From assembly GCA_036337435.1 (NCBI GenBank), contig JAYZEG010000011.1, forward strand, positions 63,886 through 127,885: DNA of 64,000 bases. Reading direction: 5' to 3'. The notes beneath the pieces were generated by a model. It worked only from the letters and a program-made list of their open reading frames with translations. It had not been told where the DNA came from and made no database searches. Positions 29,365-38,340 of this stretch are shown here, piece by piece (the stretch's first letter is position 1; every line of letters starts with the position of its first letter). Source of the DNA: Myxococcota bacterium. Its GTDB lineage: Bacteria > Myxococcota_A > Bradymonadia > UBA7976 > UBA1532. The translations under genes were made by a program, and so were the position numbers.

Positions 29365-30258
29365 ATGAACAGTCTAGTGACCGGCGCAACCGGTTTAATC
29401 GGTCAGGCCCTTATCAAACGACTCGACGACCCGGTCCTCATGTCTCGTCGACCGGAGGCATTGGCATCTGGGTCTCGTCTGAAATGGCCTGTGGACGCCG
29501 GCACCGCGGCACCCGATCGGGCTGTTGACGTGGTTTTTCACCTTGCGGGAGAACCGGTTGCCGGACGTCGCTGGACTCAACAGCGCATGGATGAAATACG
29601 AAACAGCCGTGTTGATGGGACTCGGCAGTTGGTTTCCTGGATTGCCAACTGGCCGTCGGCGCCAAAGGTGCTTGTCTGCGCGTCGGCTATCGGATTTTAC
29701 GGAGACCGGGGAGACGAAATTCTCGTCGAGAACAGTCAGCCAGGGTCGAGTTTTCTCGCCGAGCTGTGCCAGGACTGGGAAGCAGAGGCGGCGAAAGCCG
29801 AGGCCCTTGGCGTGAGAGTTGTCTTTGCACGAATCGGGATCGTCCTAGCCAAAAACGGCGGCGCCCTAGAAAAAATGCTGCCGCCGTTTAAGATGGGCAT
29901 AGGTGGGCCGCTCGGGAGCGGGCGCCAATGGATGTCGTGGATTCATCTGGATGACGTTGTCGGTCTTCTCCTCCATGCGGCACACGCCGATATATCGGGA
30001 CCACTCAACACAGTCGCCCCCCAACCCAGCACAAATGCCGACTTCAGTCGAGTCTTAGCGGGCCACCTCAGTCGCCCGTCAGTACTGCGCGCCCCGGCAT
30101 TCGCCCTAAGGCTGGCCTTAGGGAAAATGAGCGACATTGTCCTCGCGTCCCAAAAAGTGCTGCCGCGGGTTGCTGAAGAAACTGGCTACGTCTTTCAACA
30201 GCCCACACTCGATGGGGCGATTAAATCATGTCTAAGAATCAAGGGAGAACAGCCGTGA
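29365..30258 (+). CDS. TIGR01777 family epimerase/oxidoreductase (YfcH-like)
   Basis: VTGATGLIG, HLAGE, SAIGFYG, LC.DWE, GG.LGSG.QWMSWIH. Confidence 0.92.
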   Translation: MNSLVTGATGLIGQALIKRLDDPVLMSRRPEALASGSRLKWPVDAGTAAPDRAVDVVFHLAGEPVAGRRWTQQRMDEIRNSRVDGTRQLVSWIANWPSAPKVLVCASAIGFYGDRGDEILVENSQPGSSFLAELCQDWEAEAAKAEALGVRVVFARIGIVLAKNGGALEKMLPPFKMGIGGPLGSGRQWMSWIHLDDVVGLLLHAAHADISGPLNTVAPQPSTNADFSRVLAGHLSRPSVLRAPAFALRLALGKMSDIVLASQKVLPRVAEETGYVFQQPTLDGAIKSCLRIKGEQP

Positions 30259-30746
30259 CGATTGAGCCCAATGGAAACGAATATATCCTTCATCAGGAAC
30301 AGTTCATCGCCCAACCGCTGAGCGAGGTGTGGGCCTTTTTTTCGAACGCAGAAAACTTAGAACGTCTGACACCCGATTTCCTCAACTTCAAAATATTGAC
30401 ACCGACCCCAATCGACATGTTCGAGGGCACTTTGATCGATTACCGCATTCGGCTTTTCGGTGTCCCCATGAATTGGCGTACCGAGATCATACATCTCGAA
30501 CCTGAGGTGCGCTTCGTAGACCAGCAACTCAAGGGACCCTACGCAAAGTGGTACCATGAGCATCGATTTGAGGAGGTTGACGGTGGTACGCTGATGACCG
30601 ACCGGGTCGAATATCGAGTTCCTTTTTCAGCCCTAGGACATCTGGCTCATTCGGTGATGGTAAAGCGCACTTTGCAGCGTATCTTTCAATATCGATATGA
30701 CGCCGTGAGTGAGGTCTTCGGCGAGCCGTCCGAGCAAGCTGCCTAG
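30255..30746 (+). CDS. SRPBCC family protein
   Basis: FFS...NL..LTP, F.D.Q..GPY..W.H.H.F, M.D.V.Y; GTGA overlap with the previous stop. Confidence 0.9.
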   Translation: MTIEPNGNEYILHQEQFIAQPLSEVWAFFSNAENLERLTPDFLNFKILTPTPIDMFEGTLIDYRIRLFGVPMNWRTEIIHLEPEVRFVDQQLKGPYAKWYHEHRFEEVDGGTLMTDRVEYRVPFSALGHLAHSVMVKRTLQRIFQYRYDAVSEVFGEPSEQAA

Positions 30747-31510
30747 GGGTCGGGGTGCATGATCAACTCGAGTCGCCGCAAGCACTCAAAACTCCATTGA
30801 GCGACCGTTTGGAAATCACGCACTGTCGGAGACTCTGCATTCACGTCCAGCTTGCCTAACCACGCTTCATCAACAGCAATGGGCTCACCGAAAAGGACTC
30901 GCACCTGTTGACCACGCTTGGGCACTGTGGTGCCGATGGGCAACAGTTCGTGCATACCATAATGGTAGAATGGAGCCAGCATAGGTTTTGCGTCGAGGAT
31001 CAATTGGCCAATGCCCAATTTGAACGGTGTTTTCATCCTCGCATGTTCGTCTCGAGTTCGCCCACCTTCTGGAAAAATATGAACCCAATCTCCCAATTTC
31101 AGTCTCTCGGATAAAAAGGTTAAACCGGGCTGGTCGAGCCCTGCACCCCTGACGATGGGTACGCACTTTCCTGCAGCCGAGATGAAGCCCTTCAATGCGC
31201 TTCCGTAAAAGTTCTTATGGTCTGCTCCGATCCACCGGACATCCGAGAATTTCACTCGGCCCAAGTTAGAGACCAGTAGGGGATCATCAAAGAGAGAAAC
31301 GTGATTACTAAACGATAAGATGCCACGCTTTGTTGTTTGAAACGCGGAGTCCCAATTTTGCCGCTCAATAAACTCAAGATGATTTAATTTGGTCATCACA
31401 AATCGTGAATAGCCGACGACAGCAGCACATAGAATTTTTTGATACGGGCGCGCTTTAGGATTCCAATGACGTAATTCAAAGTCCAAATCCAATGCATCTT
31501 TATCTGACAA
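30743..31510 (-). CDS. Lysophospholipid acyltransferase, tafazzin-like
   Basis: SNHVSLFDDP (HX4D), WVHIFPEG, FKLGIGQLI. Confidence 0.8.
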   Translation of the reverse strand: MSDKDALDLDFELRHWNPKARPYQKILCAAVVGYSRFVMTKLNHLEFIERQNWDSAFQTTKRGILSFSNHVSLFDDPLLVSNLGRVKFSDVRWIGADHKNFYGSALKGFISAAGKCVPIVRGAGLDQPGLTFLSERLKLGDWVHIFPEGGRTRDEHARMKTPFKLGIGQLILDAKPMLAPFYHYGMHELLPIGTTVPKRGQQVRVLFGEPIAVDEAWLGKLDVNAESPTVRDFQTVAQWSFECLRRLELIMHPDP

Positions 31511-31757
31511 GAGCCTGCCCTTTCGTCACCGGAGAACCATGTCGTTCTGGTATCGGTTCTCACCAGATAGAAGGTTATCACCGAAACCAGGGCAGTAACA
31601 TGTGCATCGCAGAACTATTTGTTTTTCTCTGGGAGTCATGGGATTTTGAAAAGCGGCCTCCACGGTAACTCCTGTCGGGTTTGGAGTATCCAGGTGGCTC
31701 GGGTCGCTTACAGACTGATCTTGAAAATCACTGCGTGCGTGTCTAGGAGGGAGAGAT

Positions 31758-34700
31758 ATGGCCGCGGATAGAACGGCAGCGGTGCTGTACCTGCTCGGTT
31801 GCTTCGCCGTGATCGGATGTACATCCGAGTCCACAAATACAACAGACCAATGCGTAGAACCATGGGCATCGCACTACGGTGCCCGATTTTTGGCTGGTGA
31901 GACCTTCTACCTGCCCAAGGTGCGACCCGATGGGCCTTGCAGGTCTGCGCGTTGGACATTGGTTGACGCACCGGCAACAAATGCAGCCGATGTCCAGACA
32001 GCAGCTACCCTTACTCGCTTTAATCCAATGGTGCCGGGGCGATTCAAGTTTGACCTGACAGCCGGCGATGGAGCTCGAGTCCTCGCCGAAGTTATGCTGA
32101 CGGTCATCGACCCCTTGTCTCGACCGTTTCACAACTACAACTACTTTCCCGCGCCCAATGCAGGTGTGGCCATCGGTGATATTCTTTGGGTAGCAGGGGT
32201 CTACACGCCTCAGATCGCACGCTTTGATACCAAAACGGGCGAAGCTCAGGAACCGATCTTAGTCGGCCAATGGCCGACGTCGTTGGCTTATGTTGACACT
32301 CTAAACCAAGTTTTGGTGACCAACAAAGCGAGCGACACTCTAGGCTTTGTCGATGTGGCGACGGGGCGCCAAGTGGATAGCATCTGGGTTGGCGATGAAC
32401 CGGCCAGTGTCATCTACAACGCTGACTCGGGGCACGCCTACATTTCTCTGTCTGGCGCAAACTCTGTTGCTGTAGTTGACGTCGCAGACCGCCAATTAAT
32501 TAAAACGATCCCCGTGGTCTTCGATCCGCTCGCAATCGCCCTGTCACCGGATGGTGAGCGGGTTGCGGTGGCTTCACATCGTTCAGGGCAGGTTGATATG
32601 TATCCCTACGACGACCGGTCTGTGACCGAGGAAAAGGATATTGCCATTATCGATACGATGTCGTTAGAGGTCAAAAGTCATATCTTGGATGTTGCCTCGA
32701 CGATTCATGCCATGGATTTCAATCGGGACGGCGCATTGCGGTTGATCGGTACGATAAACCGCATTGAGGGACCACTCAATGATGTGGATACGGAGAGCTT
32801 TCAGCATCGTATTCTGGAATTTGAAAACGACTCAGGTACGGCAACGCCAACGGTGAGTATCGATCTCAGCAGACAGGCGTCATCAACAGGGTCCACGGGC
32901 ACCCTACATGGGTTTGTCGAATGTGGAGGTTCATTTTGGGTGGTGGCCGAAGGTTCGGATTCGCTACTCAAGCTCGATTCTGATTATCAAGAAGTCGCCC
33001 GCATTTCCGTGACCGGCAGGCCAAGAGTCGTTCAGTGTGTTAACGGCACTCCATATGTTGTCGCCTCCAATCGAATGACGGTTACGAAGATCGATGGCGA
33101 GCCCGAGCCCCAATCCCTCGGGTTGACTGAACGCCGACATCCGCTCTTGATCGAAGGACTCGAGCGCTTCACTGGCCAGGGTGATGGGCCTGCGGACAAT
33201 CGCAGTTGCAACAATTGCCATGTTGATGGACTGACTGACCGAGTCATTTGGAATGCTGGGCCCGTTGTAAGCCGTCTAATGACTCGGCCGCTACGTTGGT
33301 TAGAAGGCACGGATATGATCGGTTGGGATGGTTACGTTGGAAGTGTACGAATCAGCGGTTACGTCGGCGGTTCGACCATTAACCGTCGTGGCAATACCCA
33401 AGAATCGGAGCAATTGGGCGCTTATCTCGCGTCACTTATGCCATCGCCGCCGGCCAATAGTTTAACCCGGCGGGATGGATCCTTGTCAGAACAAGCACAG
33501 AGGGGAAAACGGCTGTTTGAAACCGAAGCCGGCTGCAGTGGGTGTCATCTCGGTCCGCTGACGACAAGTCGACTTGTTCTCCCAGACGGCCTGACCCCTG
33601 GTCAGACTGATATTCCGAGTTTGATCGATGTCGCTCGAATCGGTTCCTGGTATAAAACCGGTGCCATGACGTCCTTGGCCGATACGGTCATCGACACTGC
33701 AGAAAAGTTCGGACGGCCCTTGTCGGACCCTGAAGTTGCCGATGTCGTTCGTTACCTGGGAGAGCTTACAGGTCGAGAGTTTTTTCCATTGAAAGTGGAT
33801 TTTGGTCCAGACTCAAATCGGTTTCCCATCGATGGTGAGATTAAGATTACGTTCTCCTATCCTATGCTCGATGTTCAAGCCAACTTAGCGATAGCCAAGC
33901 TCATCTCAAATACGGGCAATGAAATGCCAGTCGAACACCGCGTAGACGGTCGCGATTTGTTCATAAAGCCTGAATCTCGCCTCGCCGCTGACCAGGGTTA
34001 TCAGCTGCAAATTGAAAAGGGGTTTTTGGGGGACCATGGCGTACCCCTAGACGACGATTTTATTGCTCCGTTTAAGACCGCTGCCGGTAGTGAGCTCATT
34101 CTTGAAGGGGACTACAAGGTCACCATCAAAGTCCCGATGTTTGACTTTAACACGGGCGAATTTGACTGGGACAACTTGGTCGACCAGAGCTTCAAGCTCA
34201 ATGCTGTGCCCACCGCCCAGGGGGCTCGCACCATCTTGGACTTCGGTGGAGACATGGTCTACGAAACCACCGTCGTTCTCGATGGAGAATTCATCTACAC
34301 AGAACACCTCCCCATCGCCGTCGGTCCCTCGTTTCTAAATGGCTCACCGATGGTTGGTGCCCTGGTCGATTCGGACTCAGACGGCATTGTGGATGGCATC
34401 TCCGGCCGGTTGACTTTGACAGGACCGGGGATTGAGCTACCTGACCTGAATTTTCAATTCGAGGTTGATACCCCCGGCGGTTGTGAGGTCGGTACGCAAG
34501 GCGACGCTGCGCCAATGATACAACGCGATGGCGAGTCCGTGTCCATCGACTGGGGGACTGGTGGTGCCCTCGCATTTTTTGTCACTACACCCGATGCGAC
34601 GCTTCCCCTCGGCCCGGGTGTCGTCGATGGTGGTCAAACCTTTTGGGCATTGAGCGCCTCAGATTTCCCCAATACCTTTAATGGGCCCATCATTTATGGA

Positions 34701-34841
34701 GTTACACCGGACGGGGCACTTGACATTACTGCCGATAATGGTGGATCAACGGGCGGCATACCATTGGAATCGGGGCAGTGCTACCGGTTTAGTGTGGTGG
34801 TTGACTTTGCCTATTCGCATACGACATTGATTTGGCCATGA
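31758..34841 (+). CDS. Lipoprotein: YVTN-type beta-propeller, dihaem cytochrome c, Ig-like domains
   Basis: AGGAGG RBS; lipobox VIG-C; VG..P....LVTN..SD-type blades; CNNCH and CSGCH; G..LF....C..CH. Confidence 0.8.
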   Translation: MAADRTAAVLYLLGCFAVIGCTSESTNTTDQCVEPWASHYGARFLAGETFYLPKVRPDGPCRSARWTLVDAPATNAADVQTAATLTRFNPMVPGRFKFDLTAGDGARVLAEVMLTVIDPLSRPFHNYNYFPAPNAGVAIGDILWVAGVYTPQIARFDTKTGEAQEPILVGQWPTSLAYVDTLNQVLVTNKASDTLGFVDVATGRQVDSIWVGDEPASVIYNADSGHAYISLSGANSVAVVDVADRQLIKTIPVVFDPLAIALSPDGERVAVASHRSGQVDMYPYDDRSVTEEKDIAIIDTMSLEVKSHILDVASTIHAMDFNRDGALRLIGTINRIEGPLNDVDTESFQHRILEFENDSGTATPTVSIDLSRQASSTGSTGTLHGFVECGGSFWVVAEGSDSLLKLDSDYQEVARISVTGRPRVVQCVNGTPYVVASNRMTVTKIDGEPEPQSLGLTERRHPLLIEGLERFTGQGDGPADNRSCNNCHVDGLTDRVIWNAGPVVSRLMTRPLRWLEGTDMIGWDGYVGSVRISGYVGGSTINRRGNTQESEQLGAYLASLMPSPPANSLTRRDGSLSEQAQRGKRLFETEAGCSGCHLGPLTTSRLVLPDGLTPGQTDIPSLIDVARIGSWYKTGAMTSLADTVIDTAEKFGRPLSDPEVADVVRYLGELTGREFFPLKVDFGPDSNRFPIDGEIKITFSYPMLDVQANLAIAKLISNTGNEMPVEHRVDGRDLFIKPESRLAADQGYQLQIEKGFLGDHGVPLDDDFIAPFKTAAGSELILEGDYKVTIKVPMFDFNTGEFDWDNLVDQSFKLNAVPTAQGARTILDFGGDMVYETTVVLDGEFIYTEHLPIAVGPSFLNGSPMVGALVDSDSDGIVDGISGRLTLTGPGIELPDLNFQFEVDTPGGCEVGTQGDAAPMIQRDGESVSIDWGTGGALAFFVTTPDATLPLGPGVVDGGQTFWALSASDFPNTFNGPIIYGVTPDGALDITADNGGSTGGIPLESGQCYRFSVVVDFAYSHTTLIWP

Positions 34842-34940
34842 ACGGTGGTCGGATATGCGACTGGTTGTCTGAGTATTGTTCGAATTAATTACTTTATCAT
34901 CGACTCTCTTGGTCGAGACTTTTAACGGAGGATATCCACA

Positions 34941-35453
34941 ATGAGATCCATGTTTTTTCAAACTCTTTTAGCTTTGGGGCTGACTTTTTCGCTGACCGCC
35001 TGTGGCAGTGACAGTGACAGCAGTGATGGTGCTGGTGGTGCCGGTGCCGAAGGCGGTGCTGGTGGTGCCGGTGCCGCAGGGGGTGCTGGTGGTGCTGGCG
35101 CCGAAGGGGGTGCTGGTGGTGCCGGTGCCGAAGGCGGTGCAGGCGGTGCTGGTGCCGAAGGTGGCGCTGGCGGTGCTGGTGGTGCCGGTGGTGCCGGTGG
35201 CAGCGATGCTGATTCTTGGGGCGAGACATGCGCTGAAGACAGTGACTGTGCTGCACCCACTGACCTATGCGTGAAACAGCCTGGTGCTACCGAGGGCTAC
35301 TGCTCCATCTCTTGTGGAACAAACGCCGATTGTTCTTATGCGGACTGGACCTGCAATGCAGTCGGTGGTTGTGGCGACAGTGCCCTTGCTGTCTGGTGTG
35401 GTCCACCTTCAGAAATTGAAGAGGGTGGCGGCATTTTGGTCGAGTGCCAATAG
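34941..35453 (+). CDS. Lipoprotein with GAGGAGAEG stalk and small Cys-rich domain
   Basis: GGAGG RBS; lipobox LTA-C; 9-aa Gly repeats; C-terminal Cys-rich module. Confidence 0.82.
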   Translation: MRSMFFQTLLALGLTFSLTACGSDSDSSDGAGGAGAEGGAGGAGAAGGAGGAGAEGGAGGAGAEGGAGGAGAEGGAGGAGGAGGAGGSDADSWGETCAEDSDCAAPTDLCVKQPGATEGYCSISCGTNADCSYADWTCNAVGGCGDSALAVWCGPPSEIEEGGGILVECQ

Positions 35454-35558
35454 CCCAATATTTGATTAAATAACGTCCTCCGACTTGGAGCCTGACATCG
35501 GTTTTTGGTGTGGGCTCCCTCGGGTGGCGACATACCTGAGGGCTTTGGGGGAGGCATC

Positions 35559-36020
35559 ATGGTGAGCATCACAGTAAACGGGCAGATGAGAACCATTGAT
35601 GTACCCGACGAAAAACCCATTCTCTGGGTCCTGCGCGAAGACCTTGCGCTGAAAGGCGCAAAGTACGGTTGTGGCGTAGGTATGTGCGGCGCATGTACGG
35701 TGCTTGTCGATGGACAGGCTCTGCGTGCATGCGTGACACCAATAAATCAGGCACATGAAAAAACGGTGACCACCATTGAAGGCCTCGATGATGAGCTGGG
35801 TCTTCTTCTCAAGAACAAATGGAAGGCGTTGAAGGTAGCTCAATGTGGCTATTGTCAAACCGGCCAGATCATGGCCGCTTACAGTCTACTCAGCGAGCGC
35901 GAACAAACGTCCCCTCAACCGCTGTCCCAGCGGCTGAATAATCTTTGTCGATGCGGAACCTATACTCGCATACATCAGGCTGTGTCGGAGGTCTCGTTGG
36001 AGATGGGGCGGGGAGACTAG
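35559..36020 (+). CDS. iorA: 2Fe-2S subunit of isoquinoline 1-oxidoreductase/aldehyde oxidase-type enzyme
   Basis: KYGCG.G.CGACTV, QCGYCQ.GQIM, NLCRCGTY. Confidence 0.9.
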   Translation: MVSITVNGQMRTIDVPDEKPILWVLREDLALKGAKYGCGVGMCGACTVLVDGQALRACVTPINQAHEKTVTTIEGLDDELGLLLKNKWKALKVAQCGYCQTGQIMAAYSLLSEREQTSPQPLSQRLNNLCRCGTYTRIHQAVSEVSLEMGRGD

Positions 36021-36023
36021 GCC

Positions 36024-38201
36024 ATGGGACACGAACTGGATCGAAGGCGATTTCTTAAGACGACAGCCGCGAGCTCTGTTGCCTTGATCGTTGCCTGTTC
36101 TGACGATGGTCAGATCGAAAGCAGGGCGATTGATGCCGGATCCTTGGACGACGGCTCTCTCGTTGATATGGACGTGCAAACCGACGGGGGCTTAACAGCA
36201 AATCGAACCCTCCAGACCTGGATTCGCATCGACGAAGAAGAGACCATTCATATCGCGATGCACAAAGCTGAAATGGGGCAGGGCATTCATACGGCGCTTC
36301 CCCTCATCGTTGCCGAGGAACTCGATGCTGCCGTGTCACAAATCAAGGTGACCGTGGTCGGAGAGATGGGTGATTACAACCTGCGAACCGGACTTCCGAT
36401 GACATCGGCAAGTAATTCAGTGAGCAGCAGTTTTCAACCGTTCCGAAGGGTTGGTGCCTCGGCGAAACACGTTTTGAAGCAGGCTGCAGCGGCCCGTTGG
36501 AATGTTGACATCGATCTGATTACGACACGCGACGGGGCATGCTATCACCCAAATGGGGACCGCTTGAGTTACGGGGCCCTCGTGGACGCAGCCAGTTTGC
36601 TTCAGCCGCCTGATGAACCACAACTCAAAAGCTTTGATGAGTTTCGTTTAATCGGCAAAGACCAAGCGCGTTTCATCGATGCAGAGATTGTCGATGGGCG
36701 AGCTGTCTTCGGAATCGACAGCGCACCCGATGGCGCACTCTACGCTGCAATTCGACATGCACCGACGCCCAATGGCGTTCCGATGAATGTGGATACATTG
36801 AGTTCATCCAACGCTGATGTACGCTCTATTGTTGCTTTACCGAACGCAATTGCCGTTGTCGCATCCAGTTTCTGGACGGCAAAAAACGTTGTTGAAACCC
36901 TCCCGGTGGAGTTTTTAGCGCCTGATTCAGATCGAGAGATCAGCAGCGCAGCCATCGAATCACAGCTCATTGCGGGTTTGCAGACCGATGGCAACGAGAT
37001 CCTCACGCTTGGCGATGTCACCTCTGTTTTCGCCGCCAGTGGGTCGGTTCAAACAAGCGATTACTTTGTGCCGCACTTAGCTCACGTTCCACTTGAGCCA
37101 GTCAATGCAACGGTTCGTATTGACGAGACAGGGTGTGATATTTGGCTACCGACCCAGGCACCTACCTACGTGCAAAGGGCGGTGGCCGAGACCGCAGGAC
37201 TGGAGTTGGAACAAGTTCGTGTCCATGCGACGCTTCTGGGAGGTGGATTTGGTCGAAAGGTCGATACAGACTATGCCATTGCTGCCGTTCAAATTGCCCA
37301 GTCTGTTGGCGAGACCGTCCAGTTGATTTGGTCTCGTGAAGAAGACATTAGACGGGATCGATTCCGGCCTGCATTTTCCGGACGTCTGTCCGGGGTCATC
37401 GACGAAGAGGGACGGCTCGCTGGCTTTGAAGCGATCAATTGTGGTGATTCCGTCCTTGGTTTTGGCGCTGGAGATCCTCTGTCCGCTCAGGGACTCAACG
37501 CATTGCCCTATGAGATAGCAAATCAGCGCATCGTACATGTTTATCAAGATTCGCCTATTGAATCTGGTTTTTGGAGGTCCATTGGACACTCTCAAAATAC
37601 GTTCTTTGCGGAAAGCTTTATCGACGAGATGGCGCACCATGCCTCTCGTGACCCACTTGAGTTCAGATTGAGTATGCTGACACAGTCTCCCCGCATAGCC
37701 GATGTCGTGCGCCGAGCGGCTGAGCTTGGTCGTTGGGGGCAAGACAATAACCCGAACATCGGTCAGGGGCTTGCTCTCTGTGTCGATTACGGCTCAATCC
37801 TTGCTGTTGTGGCTGACGTGAGTGTAGACGGCGACACCAAAGAAATTCGGGTTCACAAATTGAGTGCAGCAGTCGATTGCGGTTTGGTCATTCAGCCAAC
37901 CGGTGTTCGAGCCCAGATAGAAGGTGGGCTGCTCTTTGGATTGAGTGCTGCCCTGTTCGAGGAAATTACCTTGGAGGCTGGTTCAGTCCAGCAATCCAAT
38001 TTCTTTGATTATCCTGTTCTCTATGGACGGGATGCACCGGACATTCAGGTCGACATCTCAATCAGCCAAGAGCCACCAGGCGGTGTGGGAGAGATCGCTG
38101 TTGGCCCCGTAGCCCCCGCCATCGCCAATGCAATTCATCAGCTGGTCGGTATCCGGTTGCGGCGCCTCCCACTCCAGACAACCATTCGCCAAGATTCGTA
38201 A
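36024..38201 (+). CDS. iorB: Molybdopterin-binding subunit (IorB-like) with Tat signal
   Basis: DRRRFLK twin-arginine signal, EMGQG..T.L, GGGFGR, Q.EGG..FGLS, GGVGE. Confidence 0.9.
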   Translation: MGHELDRRRFLKTTAASSVALIVACSDDGQIESRAIDAGSLDDGSLVDMDVQTDGGLTANRTLQTWIRIDEEETIHIAMHKAEMGQGIHTALPLIVAEELDAAVSQIKVTVVGEMGDYNLRTGLPMTSASNSVSSSFQPFRRVGASAKHVLKQAAAARWNVDIDLITTRDGACYHPNGDRLSYGALVDAASLLQPPDEPQLKSFDEFRLIGKDQARFIDAEIVDGRAVFGIDSAPDGALYAAIRHAPTPNGVPMNVDTLSSSNADVRSIVALPNAIAVVASSFWTAKNVVETLPVEFLAPDSDREISSAAIESQLIAGLQTDGNEILTLGDVTSVFAASGSVQTSDYFVPHLAHVPLEPVNATVRIDETGCDIWLPTQAPTYVQRAVAETAGLELEQVRVHATLLGGGFGRKVDTDYAIAAVQIAQSVGETVQLIWSREEDIRRDRFRPAFSGRLSGVIDEEGRLAGFEAINCGDSVLGFGAGDPLSAQGLNALPYEIANQRIVHVYQDSPIESGFWRSIGHSQNTFFAESFIDEMAHHASRDPLEFRLSMLTQSPRIADVVRRAAELGRWGQDNNPNIGQGLALCVDYGSILAVVADVSVDGDTKEIRVHKLSAAVDCGLVIQPTGVRAQIEGGLLFGLSAALFEEITLEAGSVQQSNFFDYPVLYGRDAPDIQVDISISQEPPGGVGEIAVGPVAPAIANAIHQLVGIRLRRLPLQTTIRQDS

Positions 38202-38340
38202 TCGCCGCCTTTTTTTGTTGAACATCTTTGTTGGTGGTCAGCCTGGTGTCGATGCTTGCGCAGTCGCTATTGCCCTTGCGAAAGCAAGGTTAGGAATTTT
38301 TGTTGGCAAAAAATCCGCCCTTTGGATACTATGTAGGTGT

